DNA from: Spirochaetota bacterium
Lineage (GTDB): Bacteria > Spirochaetota > UBA6919 > CBDBPB01
Assembly (NCBI GenBank): GCA_965208615.1
Contig: CBDBPB010000006.1
Coordinates: forward strand, 128,001 to 192,000
DNA: 64,000 nucleotides
Direction: 5' to 3'
The notes beneath the pieces are model-generated. The model searched no databases and was not told the origin of the DNA. It saw only the letters and a program-made list of their open reading frames with translations. This document shows positions 31,265 to 41,533 of the stretch, piece after piece. Position numbers and translations under genes: made by a program. Numbering within the stretch: the first letter of the stretch is position 1; each line of letters opens with the position of its first letter.

Positions 31265-32453
31265 GATTCTTTTTTTCCTTAAGGAGTCTTTCAACCTCTG
31301 CAACGTCCTTATCCCCTCTGCCAGACAAATTGACTATAACAATATCACTTTTTTTTAACTTTAGCTTTTTAAGATAAGCAATGGCATGGGATGACTCTAT
31401 AGCAGGAATAATGCCCTCTAAACGAGAAAGCTTAATAAAACTTTCTAATGCCTCATCATCAGTAATAAAATCATAACTAACACGACCAATCCTTTTTAAA
31501 TAACTATGCTCAGGACCCACACCAGGATAATCTAAACCAGCAGAAATAGAATGAACTTCTTTTATATAACCGTTTTGATCAAATAATAAAAAGCTCTTAC
31601 TGCCATGAAGCACTCCTACCCTACCCTTTGTTAAAGTAGCGGCATGTTTATCAGTCTCAATGCCATATCCCCCTGCCTCTACCCCATACATTTTAACAGC
31701 TTCTTCTTCTAAAAATGGATAAAATAAACCAATAGCATTACTCCCCCCACCAACACAGGCAACTAAAACATTAGGCAGTCTATTTTCCTTATCTATTATC
31801 TGTTTTTTAACTTCTTCTCCAATAACTTTTTGAAAGTTTCTTACTATAACAGGAAATGGATGAGGTCCAGCAACAGAGCCTAAAACATAATGAGTTGTTT
31901 TTACATTAGTGGTCCAATCCCTTAAAGCCTCATTAAGAGCGTCTTTAAGAGTTTGACTGCCAGAACTTACCCCTATAACTTTTGCACCCAAAAGCCTCAT
32001 TCTAAAAACATTTAGCTCTTGCCTTCGCATATCCTCAGTTCCCATATAAATAACGCAATTAAGACCAAAAAGTGTACATGCAGTTGCAGTAGCCACCCCG
32101 TGTTGTCCTGCACCAGTTTCTGCAATAATACGCTTTTTTCCAAGAGTTTTAGCAACTAAAACTTGACCAATTGCATTGTTTATTTTATGAGAACCAGTAT
32201 GATTAAGATCCTCTCTTTTTAAGTATATCTTTGCACCATACTCTTTGCTAAGGTTTTTGCAAAAGTATAAAGGAGAAGGTCTGCCAACATAATCCTTTAA
32301 ATATTTGCTGTAGTCATCAATAAAGTCTTTAGTAGTTAAATATTCCTCACAACAACTTTCCAGCTCTTCTAAGGCATATACAAGAGTTTCAGGAACATAA
32401 CGCCCTCCAAACTCTCCAAAATTACCTTGCTTATTAGGTGCTTTATATTCCAT
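31236..32453 (-). CDS. trpB: Tryptophan synthase beta chain
   Basis: [41 protein letters not shown]. Confidence 0.98.
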   Translation of the reverse strand: MEYKAPNKQGNFGEFGGRYVPETLVYALEELESCCEEYLTTKDFIDDYSKYLKDYVGRPSPLYFCKNLSKEYGAKIYLKREDLNHTGSHKINNAIGQVLVAKTLGKKRIIAETGAGQHGVATATACTLFGLNCVIYMGTEDMRRQELNVFRMRLLGAKVIGVSSGSQTLKDALNEALRDWTTNVKTTHYVLGSVAGPHPFPVIVRNFQKVIGEEVKKQIIDKENRLPNVLVACVGGGSNAIGLFYPFLEEEAVKMYGVEAGGYGIETDKHAATLTKGRVGVLHGSKSFLLFDQNGYIKEVHSISAGLDYPGVGPEHSYLKRIGRVSYDFITDDEALESFIKLSRLEGIIPAIESSHAIAYLKKLKLKKSDIVIVNLSGRGDKDVAEVERLLKEKKNHGFNYKTGH

Positions 32454-32504
32454 TAATTAATTTCACCATCTAACCATAATCTAAGTCATAAAAATAGATA
32501 AATT

Positions 32505-32533
32505 AATATACTCATATATATTAAAAAGATCAA
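32505..32533 (-). promoter_or_regulatory. Sigma70-type promoter for trpBA
   Basis: TTGATC-N17-TATATT. Confidence 0.4.
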
Positions 32534-32665
32534 ATTTTTATAATATCCTAAACAATTTTCTAGAGTATATTTAAATGTAATTAATGTTAATTTGTTAAAA
32601 TTGGATATGTTTAAACTTAAAAATTAAGAGGCTAAATAAATATACAATATATAACTAAGCTATGA

Positions 32666-33658
32666 TTAATTTAAGAGTTGCTTTTTTATATTATTTGGGT
32701 AGTCAACTATCTTAAGATAGTCACCAATTAAAATATGATTGGGATTTTTAATATAATTATATTTATATAAATCATAAATAGCTAAATTAAACTTTTTAGC
32801 AATATTTCCAAGGGTATCTCCCTTTTTAATAATATACTTCCTAAAGCCATACTTCGATATATTATGAGCCTTGTCAAAAGCTTTTCCTTTAATAGCATTA
32901 GTCCTTTTTAATAGCTCATTAGGTATTTTTATTACCTGACCAATATAAATAAGATTAGGATTCTTTATGCTAGTGTTATAACTAATAAGTTTATAAATAG
33001 TTACCTTATATTTAACAGCAATACCATTAAGATAATCCCCTGCCTTAACTACATAATCTATAGTTTTTACATTAGAAGTTTTATTTTCTGATTTATTATT
33101 TAACTCACTACTATAAGAATAGATATTAGGATTCTTTTTCAATAACGCTTTTTGAGTATTACCCTTAGTACTTATGACCATTTTAGTTTCTAACTCAGCT
33201 AACATAGTAGGAGAAGTAGTTTTAGTATTTTCTTCTGTAAATACTTTGTTATCCGTTTTAGCTTTATGATCCTCAGGTTTTCCTACAGATAACTCAACCT
33301 TTTCTATTTTCTTTATCAATAACTTATTGCTCTCTTCAGTGGCTAATTGTTCATTGGCTTTTTTATTAATAGAATTGTTAGAACTTTTCTTTTTAGTTTT
33401 AAAAATATTTATTGGCTTGGTTTTTGTTAACTTAAACTCTTCTTCTTTATTTGCATTTTTATCTATATTCATAGTAATAGTCTCTTTTTGTTCAGAGGCT
33501 ATAATATTACTTTCAGTGTTACTAAGAGGCTTGCCTTTAGTTTGTGAAAAAATTAAAATGAGTATAACAAATGTAAAAATTGCTATACTATAATTTAATA
33601 TCATGGATTTAACTGTTTTAAAGCCATCTTTATTAACTTTTTCTTTTTTGTTATTCAT
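32666..33658 (-). CDS. Membrane-anchored protein with two C-terminal LysM domains
   Basis: N-terminal TM; YVVKAGDYL..IA and YIIKKGDTL..IA...NP--I-IG. Confidence 0.9.
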   Translation of the reverse strand: MNNKKEKVNKDGFKTVKSMILNYSIAIFTFVILILIFSQTKGKPLSNTESNIIASEQKETITMNIDKNANKEEEFKLTKTKPINIFKTKKKSSNNSINKKANEQLATEESNKLLIKKIEKVELSVGKPEDHKAKTDNKVFTEENTKTTSPTMLAELETKMVISTKGNTQKALLKKNPNIYSYSSELNNKSENKTSNVKTIDYVVKAGDYLNGIAVKYKVTIYKLISYNTSIKNPNLIYIGQVIKIPNELLKRTNAIKGKAFDKAHNISKYGFRKYIIKKGDTLGNIAKKFNLAIYDLYKYNYIKNPNHILIGDYLKIVDYPNNIKKQLLN

Positions 33659-33864
33659 AAGGAGCCTCGAAATTATAACTTATTATTATCTTTTCGAACT
33701 ATTAGCAAAATATACTAACAATTTTTTTAAAATATTTTATCTATCTACCAGTTAATAAAATAAACCAGCCGTATAATAAAATATTTAACTAAGGCTCCTA
33801 ATTAAAGAAAAAGTAAAATTATATGATAACCATAGACTATAATATTTATTAACTAATTATTATA

Positions 33865-36486
33865 CTATATTTTAGTAGATAAACTAGCCTTTATATAATT
33901 GTCTATCTCATCTTTTGCTTTTTTAATTTTATCAGTAGAACTTCCACTACCCTGTGCCTTATTATTTTTTCCACCACCTCTACCATCCAAAACTAAAGAA
34001 AGCCTTTTAACAATATCAGTGGCAGATAAACTAACAACATCACTTGAGACAGTTGATAAATAAAAAACTCTATCTTCTAGCTTAGATATTAAAACAGATA
34101 CTAATTTATTATGCTTATTTTTTATGCGATCATTAATTAACCTTAGCTCGTTTAAGTTTTTATCATCAATTATTAACGAAATATAATTGAAATCATGATA
34201 ACTTATAAGTTCAGAATTAATTAGCCTATCAATATTTGAAAAGGACTCCTTAGCCTTTAGTTGACTTACTTCTTTTTCTAATAACTTATTTTTATCAATT
34301 AAAAGCTTTAACCTATTCTCTAGCTTTACTGAAGGAACATTAAAAGACAATTCTAAGTCTTTTATAAGCTCATAAAGATGTTGATAATGTATAACAGCCT
34401 TACTAGCAGTTATAGCCTCAATTCTCCTTGTCCCACTGGATATAGACGACTCAGAAATTACCTTTAAAAGACCAATATCGCCACTCATTTTAACATGAGT
34501 ACCACCACATAATTCAAATGAATCACCAATCCTAACAGTCCTAACCAGAATACCATATTTATCACCAAAAAATGCACTAGCACCACTCTTTATAGCTTTA
34601 TCCTTATCCATCTCTAATATGTCTACTTTAAGATTATGCCTAATCATAGCATTAACCTCATGTTCAACCATATTAACCTCATCCTTAGATAACTGCTTAA
34701 AATGAGAAAAATCAAATCTTAGTCTGTTTTCATCCACAAGAGAGCCTAATTGACGAATGTGATCACCTAAAACCTTCTTAAGAGCGTAATGCAGTAAGTG
34801 AGTAGCGGAGTGATTAATAGCAGTATTTAACTTTCTTTTGTTATCCACAGATAAACTAATAATATCTCCATTAGAAAAACTGCCCTTTCTAACAATAGCA
34901 TTATGTATAATCATATTTTCATACTTTTGAGTGTTAGTAACTTCAATTAAAGCATTATTTTTTAATATAGTACCAATATCACCAACCTGTCCTCCACCTT
35001 CGGGGTAAAAAGGAGTATTATCGGTTATTATTATAACCTTATGTCCCTCAGAACAACTATTAACCTCTAGTTTATTATCCCTAATAATATGCAAAATCCT
35101 AGACTCACACTTAAAATGTTTATCTCCTAAGTAGTTAGTATTGAGCTTTTTGTCTATAATAGAAAATGGTAATATAGAAGACTCTCTTTTCCAATTATCC
35201 CTGCCTCTTTTTTTCTGTTCATCCATAAGACATTGATATTCAGCTATATTAACCGTCATACCCTTTTCATTAGCCATATCAATAGTAATATCAATAGGAA
35301 AACCCATTGAATCATATAACTTAAAAGCATCCTTACCAGAAATAACTTTTAAACCACTTTCTAAACTGTTATTAACGAGATTCTCCAAGTATAAACTACC
35401 CTCTTCCAGCGTAGATAAAAATGCCTCCTCTTCGGATAGAATAATTTGTGAGGTCTTAGCTTTAGTCTTAACAATTTCTGAATAACTATTTCCCATAATA
35501 TCAACTACTATGGGTACTAATTCATTTAAAAATGGCTTTTTTATTCCAATAGAACGTCCGTATCTCATTGCCCTACGTAATATACGCCTTATTACATATC
35601 CTCTTCCGTCATTGGATGGCAAAATATTCTCAGCTAATACAAAAACAATAGCCCGTATATGGTCAGCAATAACTTGATATGGAGTCTCATTAAGCTCTAT
35701 AGATTTATGCCCGGTAAACATAGCCACCTTCTCAATAAAAGGCTTAAATAAATCAGTAGAATAAACCGAATTAACTCCCTGACTAACTAATGCAAGACGC
35801 TCAAGCCCCATACCAGTGTCAATCCCCGGCTTTGGTAATGAAATTAACTCCCCGTTCTCAAGTCTATTATATTGATTAAATACTAAATTCCAATACTCAA
35901 TATAACGATTATTATCCCCCCCAATATTTGCTTTATCTTCAGGTAAAAATATCTTATCACTAATATCATAATAAAGCTCTGAACAAGGACCGCATGGACC
36001 ACTATCTCCAGCAGGTCCCCAAAAATTATCCTCTTTGCCAAGACGAACAACCTTACTGTTTAAAATACCAATATGCTTTGTCCATAAATCATAGGCCTCA
36101 TTATCATCTTTGTAAACAGATATAAAAATCCTTTTTGGATCAAGACCTACTACATCAACAGAAAACTCCCATGCAAACTCAATAGCCTCTTTTTTAAAGT
36201 AATCCCCAAAAGAAAAGTTTCCAAGCATCTCAAAAAATGTATGATGTCTAGTAGTCTTGCCCACATTATCTAAATCACTAGTCCTTAAACACTTTTGGCA
36301 TGATGTAGCACGAGTATAACCAAAATCAACCTCACCAGAAAACATAGGCTTAAATTGTACCATACCAGCAGTGGTAAACAGCAAAGAAGGATCACCAATA
36401 GGTATTAATGGGCTAGTATTAACTATTTTATGCCCCTTGCCATTAAAGTACTCAAGAAAATGTTTTCTAAGATCTGAGCTTTCCAT
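33865..36486 (-). CDS. alaS: Alanyl-tRNA synthetase
   Basis: LLFTTAGMVQFK, HHTFFEMLGNFSFGDYFK, HSATH, ELCGGTH. Confidence 0.98.
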   Translation of the reverse strand: MESSDLRKHFLEYFNGKGHKIVNTSPLIPIGDPSLLFTTAGMVQFKPMFSGEVDFGYTRATSCQKCLRTSDLDNVGKTTRHHTFFEMLGNFSFGDYFKKEAIEFAWEFSVDVVGLDPKRIFISVYKDDNEAYDLWTKHIGILNSKVVRLGKEDNFWGPAGDSGPCGPCSELYYDISDKIFLPEDKANIGGDNNRYIEYWNLVFNQYNRLENGELISLPKPGIDTGMGLERLALVSQGVNSVYSTDLFKPFIEKVAMFTGHKSIELNETPYQVIADHIRAIVFVLAENILPSNDGRGYVIRRILRRAMRYGRSIGIKKPFLNELVPIVVDIMGNSYSEIVKTKAKTSQIILSEEEAFLSTLEEGSLYLENLVNNSLESGLKVISGKDAFKLYDSMGFPIDITIDMANEKGMTVNIAEYQCLMDEQKKRGRDNWKRESSILPFSIIDKKLNTNYLGDKHFKCESRILHIIRDNKLEVNSCSEGHKVIIITDNTPFYPEGGGQVGDIGTILKNNALIEVTNTQKYENMIIHNAIVRKGSFSNGDIISLSVDNKRKLNTAINHSATHLLHYALKKVLGDHIRQLGSLVDENRLRFDFSHFKQLSKDEVNMVEHEVNAMIRHNLKVDILEMDKDKAIKSGASAFFGDKYGILVRTVRIGDSFELCGGTHVKMSGDIGLLKVISESSISSGTRRIEAITASKAVIHYQHLYELIKDLELSFNVPSVKLENRLKLLIDKNKLLEKEVSQLKAKESFSNIDRLINSELISYHDFNYISLIIDDKNLNELRLINDRIKNKHNKLVSVLISKLEDRVFYLSTVSSDVVSLSATDIVKRLSLVLDGRGGGKNNKAQGSGSSTDKIKKAKDEIDNYIKASLSTKI

Positions 36487-36676
36487 ATTGCACCTCAAAA
36501 ATAGCGATCTATAATATTATATTTTAGTATGAATAAGTGTGATCGGCTTTTATATATTTTAACATATGAGTAGGGTAAATTCGATTATAACTACGATGAG
36601 CTAAAATAAAAAATTATTTTCTAATTTTTTTATAAGTCTAAATTAGATATAAAGGTATATAACAGAAGTAGAAGAA

Positions 36677-37069
36677 TTATCGTTTAGAAAATTGAAAACT
36701 TTTTCTTGCTCCCTTATGACCATATTTCTTACGTTCAGTCATTCTTGGATCTCTAGTTAAAAAGCCGTTCTTTTTAAGAAATGTACGATTCTCCTTATCA
36801 ATAACAATAAGAGCCCTACTAATACCATGACGTATTGCTCCAGCTTGACCAGTAGTACCCCCGCCCCTTACGCTAATTATTACATCAAACTTGTCAGCAG
36901 AGTCAACAACCTTTAATGGATCCATAACCATTTTTTGATACTGTAATCTAGAAAAGTAATCATTTACATTTCGTTTATTTATGGTTATACTGCCTTTACC
37001 TTTTAATATACGCACTTTTGCAATTGACTTTTTCCTTCTACCAACTGCTGAATAAACATTTTCTATCAA
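36677..37069 (-). CDS. rpsI: 30S ribosomal protein S9
   Basis: GRRK, GGGTTGQAGA, C-terminal QFSKR. Confidence 0.98.
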   Translation of the reverse strand: MIENVYSAVGRRKKSIAKVRILKGKGSITINKRNVNDYFSRLQYQKMVMDPLKVVDSADKFDVIISVRGGGTTGQAGAIRHGISRALIVIDKENRTFLKKNGFLTRDPRMTERKKYGHKGARKSFQFSKR

Positions 37070-37085
37070 CTTTATCTCCTAAAAA

Positions 37086-37514
37086 CTAAATCTCTAATTT
37101 TTTAGCCTTTTGTGCAGAATGAGGATGGCTATCCCCAGTATAAATCTTTAAACGTGATAGCATAACCCTTCCTAACTTGTTCTTAGGGAGCATTCCTTTT
37201 ACTGCATGCTTTAAAGGAAAGTCTGGCTTTTTTTGTATTAACTTATTATAAGTTATACTTTTTAGCCCACCAGGATAGCCACTATGATGATAATATTTCT
37301 TATTAATACTTTTTTTACCAGTAACAGAAATCTTATCAACATTTATAACTATAACGCTCCTCCCAGCAAGACTATGAGGAGAGTATATACTATTATCTTT
37401 TCCCATAAGAATTGTGGCAATCTTACTAGCAAGACGACCTAAAACTTGATTGTTAGCATCTATTAGTACCCAATTATTAGGCAATTCTTCTTTTTTTATA
37501 AAAACCGTTTTCAT
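37086..37514 (-). CDS. rplM: 50S ribosomal protein L13
   Basis: LGRLAS, HHSGYPGG, GMLPKN, HPHSAQ. Confidence 0.98.
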   Translation of the reverse strand: MKTVFIKKEELPNNWVLIDANNQVLGRLASKIATILMGKDNSIYSPHSLAGRSVIVINVDKISVTGKKSINKKYYHHSGYPGGLKSITYNKLIQKKPDFPLKHAVKGMLPKNKLGRVMLSRLKIYTGDSHPHSAQKAKKLEI

Positions 37515-37586
37515 AAAAACCTTCTTAAAATATCCATGATATAAACTTATTATTTGATTAAGCAATCAGAAGTCTAATTGAATGTC

Positions 37587-37615
37587 AATTTAATAAACTT
37601 ATCGCCAAAAGTCAA
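37587..37615 (-). promoter_or_regulatory. Sigma70-type promoter of rplM-rpsI
   Basis: TTGACT-N17-TAAATT. Confidence 0.5.
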
Positions 37616-37681
37616 GATTAATATATTAGTCTTTAATATAATAAAACTAAGAAAATATATATATAACTTTTTTTTAAATAT

Positions 37682-38623
37682 CTAATTATAACTTTTCAAT
37701 TTTTTAATTTTATCTGTAACACTTAACATAATAGCTTTCCATTTTTTTTTAGCTTTTTTTACATTACCCATCCCAACTAATAACTCCAAACTACGATTAT
37801 AATAATATTTTGCTTTTTTATAGTCCTTCTTTAAAAAGTATACTCCCCCGAGTTCATAAAGGTCTTCGGATATATTTATAGAAACACTATTTCTTTTATC
37901 TATAACCAATGCGGCATTAAAATACTCCAATGCCCTATTATAATTCTTTTTTATAGTATATATCTTTCCAATAAAAAATAAACTAAGGGAAAAGCTATCA
38001 AAATAGCTTTTCTCATTGGATAAACTTAAACTATTAAAAAAATAGTTTAAGCTATTATCATATTGACTTTTATAATAGTAGGATATACCCAAATAATTAT
38101 AAGTACTTATAACCCTAATAGGCTGTTTACAGTATAAATATACCCCTAATGCCTTTTTGAGATAAGATATAGATTTATCATAACTCTTTTTTTCCTGTTC
38201 TATAACTCCCCTACTCTCTAAAATGAGAGTATAAAAAAATATGTTTTCTCTTATCTTAGCCTCTCTTATAAAGTTATTTTTATAAATAGCCCTATCAATG
38301 GTTTTAACAGCCTTTTTATAATCCCCGATTTTTGCATAAACCATTGCAAGGTTAATTAGGGAATATACCACCTTTATCCTATTATCATTTTCTATACTCT
38401 GGCTTAAAATATCATTATATATACTACTAGCTAACAAATAATCCCCTTGTAAATATGCAAGCTTTGCCGAACTAAACCTAATATCATCTTTTAAGTTTAC
38501 ATTAAAATCATTACAATGTCCTTCAATTTTTTGGTTAATATAATGGTTAGAACATTTAACTAAAATTATAACTATTATTAATATTTTAGTTAAAAGCAAG
38601 TTAATAATCTTCTCTTTTGGCAT
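37682..38623 (-). CDS. TPR lipoprotein (end of Mla/Mce operon)
   Basis: Hydrophobic segment ending LVK-C; several TPRs. Confidence 0.75.
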   Translation of the reverse strand: MPKEKIINLLLTKILIIVIILVKCSNHYINQKIEGHCNDFNVNLKDDIRFSSAKLAYLQGDYLLASSIYNDILSQSIENDNRIKVVYSLINLAMVYAKIGDYKKAVKTIDRAIYKNNFIREAKIRENIFFYTLILESRGVIEQEKKSYDKSISYLKKALGVYLYCKQPIRVISTYNYLGISYYYKSQYDNSLNYFFNSLSLSNEKSYFDSFSLSLFFIGKIYTIKKNYNRALEYFNAALVIDKRNSVSINISEDLYELGGVYFLKKDYKKAKYYYNRSLELLVGMGNVKKAKKKWKAIMLSVTDKIKKLKSYN

Positions 38624-39626
38624 TGTCTATTAGTATATCCCCTCTTTTCCTTTTCTTAGAAGGAGGTATAAGCCCCTCAACATCATCTAATATCCTATTA
38701 ACCTTGTTTGTTATAACCTTAATATTTTGTATAGTTACCCTTATATCCTTCATAGCCCCAGGCACATCCCTTTTAAGACTCTTACCTAAAACAGAAATTG
38801 CTAATGTTATATCCCTTAATGAATCACTTATATTTTTTCTTAGGTCTTTTATCAAAGGATCACTCTCTAATAAAAGCTTTTCTAATAAGGTCTTAGTAAA
38901 TTTACTAAGTTCAAGAACAACATTATTAATTTCCTTAGTAGTATTTAATAAGGTATTATCAACCCTTAGCTTATTTCTATGAACTAACTCGCTAATATCA
39001 CCAGTAACACTATTTATATCCCTAAGAGATTTTCTAACATCCTTATTAATAACCCCTATCAGCTGATTTATCTGGGGAATAGCACCTCCATCCTTTAACT
39101 GCCTTGTTATTCCCTCTATATTAACGATTGTCTTTATAAGAGGGCTGTCTGGCTCTAACAAACCTCTTACGTTTGCCTTAATAGCACTCATATCATCCCC
39201 TTCTGACCTAACATCACTAGATAAAATTAATTGATTATCCTTTATCATATTAAAGTTCTTGCTTCCAATAGATATTTCTATTTTTGATCCACCTATTCCA
39301 AAAAGACCGCTAGTTAAAGATACGATAGAGTTTTTTCTAATTTTGGATTCGTGTTCCTTAAATATTTTTAAGTATACCCTTATTTTATTAGTCCTACTAT
39401 TTAATTTAAAATCGCTAACCTCGCCAATAACCCATTCATTATCCTTAAAAACTACCCTAGTACCCCTTTTTATCCCCGCCATAGAGTTAAACTCAGTATA
39501 ATAAGTATTCTTATCACTAAACCACTTGTTTAGGGTACCCATTAAAGCTAAACTAGTTACTATAACAGCAATAACAAAAAATAAAAATAACGCCACAGAC
39601 TTTTGGACCCTATTAAACCTATACAA
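38601..39626 (-). CDS. mlaD: MlaD/MCE-domain protein with helical tail
   Basis: N-terminal TM, YTEFNSMAGIKRGT-V...IGEV, GLFG-GG-KIEI. Confidence 0.8.
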   Translation of the reverse strand: MYRFNRVQKSVALFLFFVIAVIVTSLALMGTLNKWFSDKNTYYTEFNSMAGIKRGTRVVFKDNEWVIGEVSDFKLNSRTNKIRVYLKIFKEHESKIRKNSIVSLTSGLFGIGGSKIEISIGSKNFNMIKDNQLILSSDVRSEGDDMSAIKANVRGLLEPDSPLIKTIVNIEGITRQLKDGGAIPQINQLIGVINKDVRKSLRDINSVTGDISELVHRNKLRVDNTLLNTTKEINNVVLELSKFTKTLLEKLLLESDPLIKDLRKNISDSLRDITLAISVLGKSLKRDVPGAMKDIRVTIQNIKVITNKVNRILDDVEGLIPPSKKRKRGDILIDNAKREDY

Positions 39627-39644
39627 AATGATTAACCTCCAATT

Positions 39645-40433
39645 TTATAATATCTCATCTTCTAAAAAAATCATAATATCATCGATAATTCCTTGATAAA
39701 GCCCTATATCCAGCATGATAGGCTTTATAGATTTGTCTTCAGCCTTTATAATATAGTTAGTTTCGTCATGAGCAACTAACATACCCTCATCAACTACCGC
39801 CATCTTAGATGGAATATTGCTAATCTCTGGGTCATGGGTAGATATTATAACAGTACAACCCTCTTTAATGCTCTCACTAATGCTATCCATAAACAATAGC
39901 GAGGTATTATTATCAACATAATTTAGTGGATCATCCAAAATAAGAATACTATTTTTAGTTATTGTCTCTCTTATAAAACATATAATCTTTTTATGCCCCG
40001 GACTCAATGAATCCGGATGCTTATCCCTTATTTTATAAACACCAAAATGATTAAGCTTATCCATAATAATCTCTCTTAAATCGCTTTCATTAAAGTTATT
40101 ATGATATTTTAATGGTAAGGCTATATTTTCAAATACATTTAAGTTAGCCATCAACCCGCCAGTATGGGTAATAAAGCCAATTTTAGACATCATCTTCTGT
40201 TTTTTTTTGTTTGATATATTGTTAATATTAACACCATCTATATAAACCTCTCCCCTATTAGGACTATAAAGCCCTCCACAAAGCTTTAATAGAGTACTTT
40301 TTCCACTACCACTCCTACCAACAATAATTAAAACCTCTCCCTGGCTTACAGAAAAAGAGATCCCCCGTATAACCTCCAAATCCTTTATGCTAAAATAAAC
40401 ATTATTTAATTTAATTCTTTCTAAGTTTTCCAT
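39645..40433 (-). CDS. mlaF: ABC ATPase, MlaF-like
   Basis: Walker A GRSGSGKST, NIALPL; lies between MlaE and MlaD. Confidence 0.82.
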   Translation of the reverse strand: MENLERIKLNNVYFSIKDLEVIRGISFSVSQGEVLIIVGRSGSGKSTLLKLCGGLYSPNRGEVYIDGVNINNISNKKKQKMMSKIGFITHTGGLMANLNVFENIALPLKYHNNFNESDLREIIMDKLNHFGVYKIRDKHPDSLSPGHKKIICFIRETITKNSILILDDPLNYVDNNTSLLFMDSISESIKEGCTVIISTHDPEISNIPSKMAVVDEGMLVAHDETNYIIKAEDKSIKPIMLDIGLYQGIIDDIMIFLEDEIL

Positions 40434-40438
40434 AAATA

Positions 40439-41194
40439 TTATAGAAATATATAACTAGTATAAATATAAAAGATAAAACAGAATACCAATGACCTGCTAA
40501 CCCCTTGAGTAGTCATTTGTGGAACCTCAGTTGTAGAGCTAATAACCTTAAGACCATGATAACAAGATACGGTTGATATAATAATCCCAAAACCTACCGA
40601 CTTTATAATATTATCTATAACATAGTTTATCTTAAGACCATCAAAAAAAGTAGTATAAAACTTTATGAGACTAAACTCTTCCAAAATGTTAACCATAACT
40701 ATCCCCCCACCTAAAACACCGATAAAGCTAAAAAAAATATTTAAACAAAAAAAAGATATAGTAATGCCAATAACCCTAGGAGCTACAATAAAATATAAAA
40801 TATCGATTCCCATAATGTTAAGAGCCTCAATCTCATTATTAACCTTCATATTTCCAAGCTCAATAGTTATAGCAGTACCAGAACGTCCAATGACTATTAT
40901 CATAGTCAATAATGGTCCAAGATATTGAATAATAGTAATACTAAGGATATCGCTTATTAACGACTCAGGCAGTTTATAACCAACTGTTATAGTAATAACA
41001 ACCACACCAATAAGCAGTGAGATAAAACTAATTATAATTACAGACTTAACCCCAGTAAAATATATTTGCTGTATAACCCTATCTATTAACGCTTTTTTAT
41101 TGCCCTTATAACTAAATAAACTAAATATAGAGTATACAAATAGTGAAGTTATCTCAAGATATTGATTAAAAAGGGATGCAGTTTTATTTAGCAT
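40439..41194 (-). CDS. mlaE: MlaE-family permease
   Basis: LGPLLT-I-V-GRSGTAI--ELGNMKV--EIEAL--MGI, VAPR. Confidence 0.9.
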   Translation of the reverse strand: MLNKTASLFNQYLEITSLFVYSIFSLFSYKGNKKALIDRVIQQIYFTGVKSVIIISFISLLIGVVVITITVGYKLPESLISDILSITIIQYLGPLLTMIIVIGRSGTAITIELGNMKVNNEIEALNIMGIDILYFIVAPRVIGITISFFCLNIFFSFIGVLGGGIVMVNILEEFSLIKFYTTFFDGLKINYVIDNIIKSVGFGIIISTVSCYHGLKVISSTTEVPQMTTQGVSRSLVFCFIFYIYTSYIFL

Positions 41195-41533
41195 TATCTA
41201 TCCCCCAAATAGGTTAAGATATAGTGTAATTATATAACCCTGTTAGAAAGCCTTACACCAAAAAAATAAAAAATGTTTTAGGATAATTTTCTCATCAAAC
41301 TTTTTATTAGATGTAATAAAAAACGTTCTAACAAGTTAGTTTTAATAGCTGTTAGCTGTTTTAGCATATAAACCATTATATTTAATTCACAATTATATGC
41401 TTATAGGCTAAATCTATAAAAAGTGGTTTTAAAAAGACTTTTAGAGTAATTCACCAAAGTAATTGATAGCTAATACATAAAAAAAGCTAAGTCTTTATCA
41501 AAGATTTTATGATTTTGTATTGTTATATACAAT

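Noticed and set aside
32454-36676. trp attenuator or alaS T-box leader
   Set aside because: No Trp-rich leader peptide or T-box motif seen upstream of trpB or alaS
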